The notes beneath the pieces are model-generated. The model made no database searches. It had not been told where the DNA came from and was given only the letters and a program-made list of their open reading frames with translations. This document shows positions 59,362 to 64,000 of a DNA stretch of 64,000 bases, in pieces. The position numbers were made by a program, and so were the translations under genes. Origin of the DNA: Chloroflexota bacterium (lineage in GTDB: Bacteria; Chloroflexota; UBA11872; VXOZ01); contig OZ219802.1 in the NCBI GenBank assembly GCA_964291655.2, positions 1,248,001 through 1,312,000 of the forward strand, given 5' to 3'. Every line of letters starts with the position of its first letter. Positions within the stretch are counted from its first letter, which is position 1.

Positions 59362-60579
59362 CTATCCCACCGCCACCGGCAAGCGCATATCCGCCGCCAC
59401 CGTATTCATGCTCTCCTTGATGGCCGCAGCCACGTAGCGCAGGTCCTCGTCGGTCATGAGCGGATGGATGGCGGGGCAGAAGAGCCGCCGGCCGGCATCG
59501 GTGGAGACCGGCACGTCTTCCGGACTGTGCCCCATCCTCACCATATATCCGACGTAGTCTGGCAGTGAAGCGTTCATGATCCAGGTACCCACGCCGTGCT
59601 CGCCGATGAGGCGGTCTGCAAACTTGTCCCGCGGATCGCCGGCCCAGTCCTCTTCCAGCATGAGCGTGTAGCCGTACCAGACGTGGTGGTAGCCCTCGGG
59701 TTCGATGGGCAGGATCAGGCCGGGAATATCCTCTATCAGTTCGACAAAGTCAGCCACGCGCTGCCTTCGCGCATCATTCATTTCGTCGAGGCGTGTGACT
59801 TGAATGGAACCGGCCACCGCTTGCAGCTTCGTCATGCGGAAGTTGGTGCCCCAGCCATCCAGCGCGCTGCCAAACGAGCGCATGCTATTCACGAACGCGG
59901 CGTAATCGTCATCGTCCGTGGTGACCATGCCGCCTTCGCCCAGGGTAGTCATGTTCTTGCTGGTCTGGAAGCTGAAGATGTTCATGGCGCCTTTCTTGCC
60001 GACCTTGGTACCCTTATACCCGGCGCCGACGGCGCGGGCAGCGTCGCAAAGCACAGGCGGCGGGCCGTGAACGGGATGCGGGTGCCGCTGTGCGACGTCT
60101 TCCAGGGCGTCCACGTCGGCGGATAGACCGTTGTTGTGCACGGCCAGGATCGCGCGGGTATTCGGCGTCATGCAGCGCTCGACGTCGTTCGAATCGATGT
60201 TGAACGTGGCCGGGTCGATCTCCGCCAGCACTACCTTGGCGCCGACGCCCATCACGCAAAGGGACGTGGCCTTGAACGTGATGCCCGGCACGATGACCTC
60301 GTCTTCGGGGCCGAGTTGGAGGGCATGGATTGCCGCGTCCAAGCCGGTGCCGCAGGAGTTCACGGCAAGGGCATGCTTGACGTCGCAATACTCAGCGAAT
60401 GCTTCCTCAAACTGCGCGACCTCCGGGCCGTGAAAGCCGATGCGCCAGTCCATGCTCTCCTGCAGGCTGGCGTTGATGGCGTCTACCTCTGCTTGGGTGT
60501 ACCACCCGCCGAGAGTCGGAAACGGAAACTGCCGCTTACCGTGCTCCAGCAAGTCTCGTTCGTCTTTTGTCAATTCCAT
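59362..60579 (-). CDS. DegT/DnrJ/EryC1/StrS-family PLP aminotransferase
   Basis: 'FEEAFAEY', 'AVNSCGTGL', 'CDAA' and 'FSFQTSKNMTTLGEGGMV'. Confidence 0.9.
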   Translation of the reverse strand: MELTKDERDLLEHGKRQFPFPTLGGWYTQAEVDAINASLQESMDWRIGFHGPEVAQFEEAFAEYCDVKHALAVNSCGTGLDAAIHALQLGPEDEVIVPGITFKATSLCVMGVGAKVVLAEIDPATFNIDSNDVERCMTPNTRAILAVHNNGLSADVDALEDVAQRHPHPVHGPPPVLCDAARAVGAGYKGTKVGKKGAMNIFSFQTSKNMTTLGEGGMVTTDDDDYAAFVNSMRSFGSALDGWGTNFRMTKLQAVAGSIQVTRLDEMNDARRQRVADFVELIEDIPGLILPIEPEGYHHVWYGYTLMLEEDWAGDPRDKFADRLIGEHGVGTWIMNASLPDYVGYMVRMGHSPEDVPVSTDAGRRLFCPAIHPLMTDEDLRYVAAAIKESMNTVAADMRLPVAVG

Positions 60580-60696
60580 CGCAAACTCCTCATTGATGCT
60601 TACTACTCGGTGGTAGGTAACTCACTACCACACATTAGTTTGGACCTTCAATCTACTCAAGCGCGTGAGATAGAGCGGCGCATTGAAGAGTCGCCC

Positions 60697-62454
60697 TCAC
60701 CCTAACCCTCTCCCCCAGGAGAGGGAACCGGATCTGCTCAACGCGCTAGGCACTGAACTCCTCTCCAACACTCCAATGAGAGGGGACCGAATCTGCTCCT
60801 CGTACGCTTGGCTCCGCAATCTGCCCCCTCTCCCAGGAGAGGGAACCGGGCCTGCTCCGCATGCTCTTGGCTCCGTTTTCTGCACCCTCTCCCTGGGAGG
60901 CTGTCTCAATATTTTGGTGCGGGGCACGGTGAATGGGGTGAGAAGGACAGACAGATGGCGGGTGGTATGAACAAGACGGTGCCAGTGAGAGACTCGTCCC
61001 CGGGGCGACGCTGGACTACACCCAGACCGCCACAGGGCGTGGAGGCTCTTGAGATTGAACGCGGTGGCCAGCAGGTGCCATTCGGACGTCACGTGGCTGC
61101 GGCCTCTGAGCAGGAAGCGCCTGGCACTGTGCCACTCCTTGAGCAGGCCAAAGACCGGCTCGACGATGGTACTCCGGCGGCGGTACACCTGCTTGGCAGG
61201 CGCGGTGGCCATCAACTGCCTGTGCCGTTGCAGTATTGGCTCGTAGGCGCTGATCTTTATGGAGCGGCCCCTCTGGGAGGAGGTGCAGACGCCGAAGGCC
61301 GGACAGGTTCTGCAGTCCCGGCCGTTGGCTTGGTACCGCTTGACCCGGTAGCCGTTGCTGTGGGTCAAGCGGTGCGTGTAGGTGAGCACCTTTTGCTGGG
61401 GACACAGGTAGGTGTCGGTCTCTGGACGGTAGGTGAAGTGGTCTTTATGGTAGGGGTTGCGGCGTCTGCGCTCGTGGGTCGTGGGCATCAATACCGTGTG
61501 GCCGCCGGCGTGGCACGTGGCGAGGTTGGCCCCCGAATGGTAGCCGGCGTCCGCAACGGTCACCACGTCCCGCGCGGCGTCGATGTTCTCCTGCGCCGCC
61601 TCGATCAGCGGCGCCAGGTGGGGATGGTCGTCGGCACTGGCGCTCACGTCCACGGCTGTGATCAACCTCCCCCCTGCGCCCTCGTCCGGGGACGCAAGAG
61701 GGGAGACCAGCGCCTGGGCGTTGTAGCCGGTGATGAAGCCACCCATGCCAGTCTTGAGCAGGGCCGCGTCCGCATCAGTCAGGTTCGTGTAGCGCGGCCC
61801 GTCCTCAGCCGCGACGCGGGCGAGCGCGTCGTCCACCCGCCGCCGCAGGGCCTGGGCATCGGCAAGTTCCTGCGGCAAAGTCGCTGGCGGCGCGTCGCCC
61901 CCCGTGGCGTTCTGCGCCTCCAGGTCCGCGATCGCTTGCTCGGTGCGGGACAACAGCCGCTGCAGCCCCTGCGCGTCGTGGGTATGCCGCGTCCCGGCGT
62001 TGGCCGCGATCCTGGTGCCGTCCACCGCCTGGATTGCCAACTCCACCAGGCCGGCTCGCACCGCCGTGCGCACCGTGCGCTTGAGCAGCATCCGCATCCG
62101 GTCGCGGTGCGCCTTGTAGAAGCGCCACAGCGTGTTGTGGTCCGGCTGCTGCATCCCCACCAGCCACAGGTACGGTACCTGATCCCGGCAGGCTGCCTCC
62201 AGCTTGCGGCTCGAGCGCACGCCGGTCATGAAGCCGTAGACCCATACGCCCAGCAGCGCGCGCGGATGGTAGGCCCCGGCGCCACGCGGATCGCCTTGCA
62301 GGTCAATCTCCATCGCCTCCCAGGCCGCAGCATCGAGGCTGTCCACGAACGCTGCCGCAAACCTGACAGGATGGTCGTCCGGGATCAGTTCGTCCAGCGT
62401 CGGCGGCAACAGCCAGGCCTGTTCACGACTAAACGGTCTCAACGGCATCGTCAC
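60697..62454 (-). CDS. IS1182-family DDE transposase (ORF reads through the IS end)
   Basis: 'LLPPTLDELIPDDHPVR', 'SSRKLE', 'VDGTRIAANA', 'GYNAQ', 'ADAGY' and 'RRSTIVEPVFG'. Confidence 0.92.
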   Translation of the reverse strand: MTMPLRPFSREQAWLLPPTLDELIPDDHPVRFAAAFVDSLDAAAWEAMEIDLQGDPRGAGAYHPRALLGVWVYGFMTGVRSSRKLEAACRDQVPYLWLVGMQQPDHNTLWRFYKAHRDRMRMLLKRTVRTAVRAGLVELAIQAVDGTRIAANAGTRHTHDAQGLQRLLSRTEQAIADLEAQNATGGDAPPATLPQELADAQALRRRVDDALARVAAEDGPRYTNLTDADAALLKTGMGGFITGYNAQALVSPLASPDEGAGGRLITAVDVSASADDHPHLAPLIEAAQENIDAARDVVTVADAGYHSGANLATCHAGGHTVLMPTTHERRRRNPYHKDHFTYRPETDTYLCPQQKVLTYTHRLTHSNGYRVKRYQANGRDCRTCPAFGVCTSSQRGRSIKISAYEPILQRHRQLMATAPAKQVYRRRSTIVEPVFGLLKEWHSARRFLLRGRSHVTSEWHLLATAFNLKSLHALWRSGCSPASPRGRVSHWHRLVHTTRHLSVLLTPFTVPRTKILRQPPRERVQKTEPRACGAGPVPSPGRGGRLRSQAYEEQIRSPLIGVLERSSVPSALSRSGSLSWGRGLG

Positions 62455-62540
62455 TACCTCTCTACAAACTATCCCACCACCTCACCTTGCTTCTCTTCAC
62501 ACCAGTATATATCCAGTAGATCTATTTTTGAGACACCCTC
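60897..62540 (-). mobile_element. IS1182-family insertion sequence
   Basis: TIRs GAGGCTGTCTCAATA / ATTTTTGAGACACCCTC, CTGG target duplication, inserted in a CCCTCTCCC/GGGAGAGGG hairpin. Confidence 0.85.
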
Positions 62541-62707
62541 CTGGGGAGAGGGCCGGGGTGAGGGGGAAGCGTCGCCTATCCAACCCAATGCAACTATCTG
62601 GCGGGGCTACGCAAAGGCCTCCTCTAAGGAAAAGGGGATTTCACGCCACCAACAGCGGCTCTTAGGATTTCTCAGCGCCAGACTCTTATTCTGCATTGAC
62701 GAGTCTA

Positions 62708-64000
62708 TCATGTTTGCAGTACCACGTGCCGCGCCTCCGCCCCGTTGCTGCTGATTGGCACCGGCACCAAGGCATAGGTCCACCCGTAAGCCTCTTGCAG
62801 CGACACGTCCACCGCCTCACCATCCACACTGGCACGAGGAGTCTCGCCGTTTTCTAGCGGGACCATCAACGTAAATGTGCCGCTGGGCGAACTGCCGGAG
62901 ACCCGGCACGAGAAGCTCCCATTGTCCCAGGCGCTATGAGAGACCTGTGCCCGGTTGCGGGCGCGCACAAAGTCGGCCCATTCGAAAGCGCTCCAGATGG
63001 GCAGACCCAGTTCGTTTGCGTAATCCCAGCTCTGGTTCTGGTAGGCGCTGCTATAGGTGTAAAACGATACGGGATGCGAGAGCACCGTGAGCGGACTGAA
63101 ATAGCGCTCCTTTTTCTCCAGCATCACCTGGCGCGTGCGCTTGGCTTCGCCCACCGGGTCCGACGAGAGCTTGACTTTGACCGATGCGTCGTCATACGCC
63201 TGGGTCAGTTGCTGGTAGACCTCGATGATCTCGCCGTTGGTATCCACGAACTTGCCGGGATGCCCGGAGCCGTTGGTGTACTGCAGCCACTGGTCGTGGA
63301 TGCTGAGCACATTGGTATCCAATACCACGCCCACGTCCTCGTAGATGCGCGGCAGGTCGACATAGCCCTTCCAGCCAAGGCAGTGATTGCGGTTGGCAAT
63401 GACAGTCTCGCCGCCATAGTGCTCCCGGAAATAGTCGGTATCCCGTCGCACGATTTCTTCCATGACGGCATCCTGCTCTTCATTAACGTATTGCGGATCA
63501 AAGGCGTTGTGGTGGATGCCAAAGGAATGGCCGCGAGCGCGCCAGCCTTCCACTCGTTCCGGCGTCGCGATGGTGTACTTGGATGGGCCGAGCATCAGGT
63601 AAATGGTAACGTGTCCGTTGTGTGCTTCCGCCGCATTCATCAGCGCTTCGAAGGCTTCGAGCGGCGAGTAGTCGTCATCAGAGTCCAATACCACCATGCT
63701 CTTGGTCTCCGGCGTGTCGTAGTACCACAGCCGGGGCTGCGGGTGCTTAGCGATGGCATTGATGGCGTTGCCGAGCAGCATGGCATGGATGTCGGCCTGC
63801 GGCAGGTGCATGCGCCGCGTGTCCAGGTGATTGCTAAAGAATTCGTTGGGACGGTAGGGGTTGCCGAATCCCACGGTGCGCCAGCCATAGTGCACCGGAT
63901 TACCCTGGCGAATCAACGCCACCGCTTGGGCAAGGTCGTAACCGAATGCCACCACCTGTCCTTTACCAAGCGGGAAGTGCATGACTGCGGGGTATGACGT
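62708..64000 (-). CDS. Hypothetical protein with a deacetylase-like domain (5'-truncated by the window edge)
   Basis: Long ORF; 'LDSDDD', 'HSFGIHH' and 'NRNHCLGW'. Confidence 0.6.
   Translation of the reverse strand, partial: TSYPAVMHFPLGKGQVVAFGYDLAQAVALIRQGNPVHYGWRTVGFGNPYRPNEFFSNHLDTRRMHLPQADIHAMLLGNAINAIAKHPQPRLWYYDTPETKSMVVLDSDDDYSPLEAFEALMNAAEAHNGHVTIYLMLGPSKYTIATPERVEGWRARGHSFGIHHNAFDPQYVNEEQDAVMEEIVRRDTDYFREHYGGETVIANRNHCLGWKGYVDLPRIYEDVGVVLDTNVLSIHDQWLQYTNGSGHPGKFVDTNGEIIEVYQQLTQAYDDASVKVKLSSDPVGEAKRTRQVMLEKKERYFSPLTVLSHPVSFYTYSSAYQNQSWDYANELGLPIWSAFEWADFVRARNRAQVSHSAWDNGSFSCRVSGSSPSGTFTLMVPLENGETPRASVDGEAVDVSLQEAYGWTYALVPVPISSNGAEARHVVLQT

Overview
GC-rich bacterial chromosomal window. 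Gene content and style (Tat-exported sugar-binding lipoproteins, several sulfatases, GH38s, a CQFVLGF-type secreted protein) suggest Chloroflexota, but this is inference. Housekeeping genes (holA, rpsT, leuS, tRNA-Thr(TGT), dgkA, an RRM protein) are interspersed with catabolic hydrolases and oxidoreductases, including tandem GH38 and sulfatase paralogs. Intergenic DNA is crowded with nested palindromic repeats: several REP families, two MITE families, a ~24-bp micro-insertion with empty/filled site pairs, a REP-flanked GIY-YIG cassette and an IS1182-family element inserted in a REP loop. The most notable items are: (1) a ~180-nt multi-stem, kissing-loop RNA leader with its own promoter, in front of a BtrH-like gene carrying a small basic 'RARMAKTGESY' N-terminal module; (2) an unannotated UxxC selenoprotein redoxin with a SECIS hairpin; (3) an intact but catalytically degenerate N-methylglutamate-synthase-like operon; (4) the REP-targeting mobile-DNA ecosystem. 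All calls were made by eye; no database searches were run.
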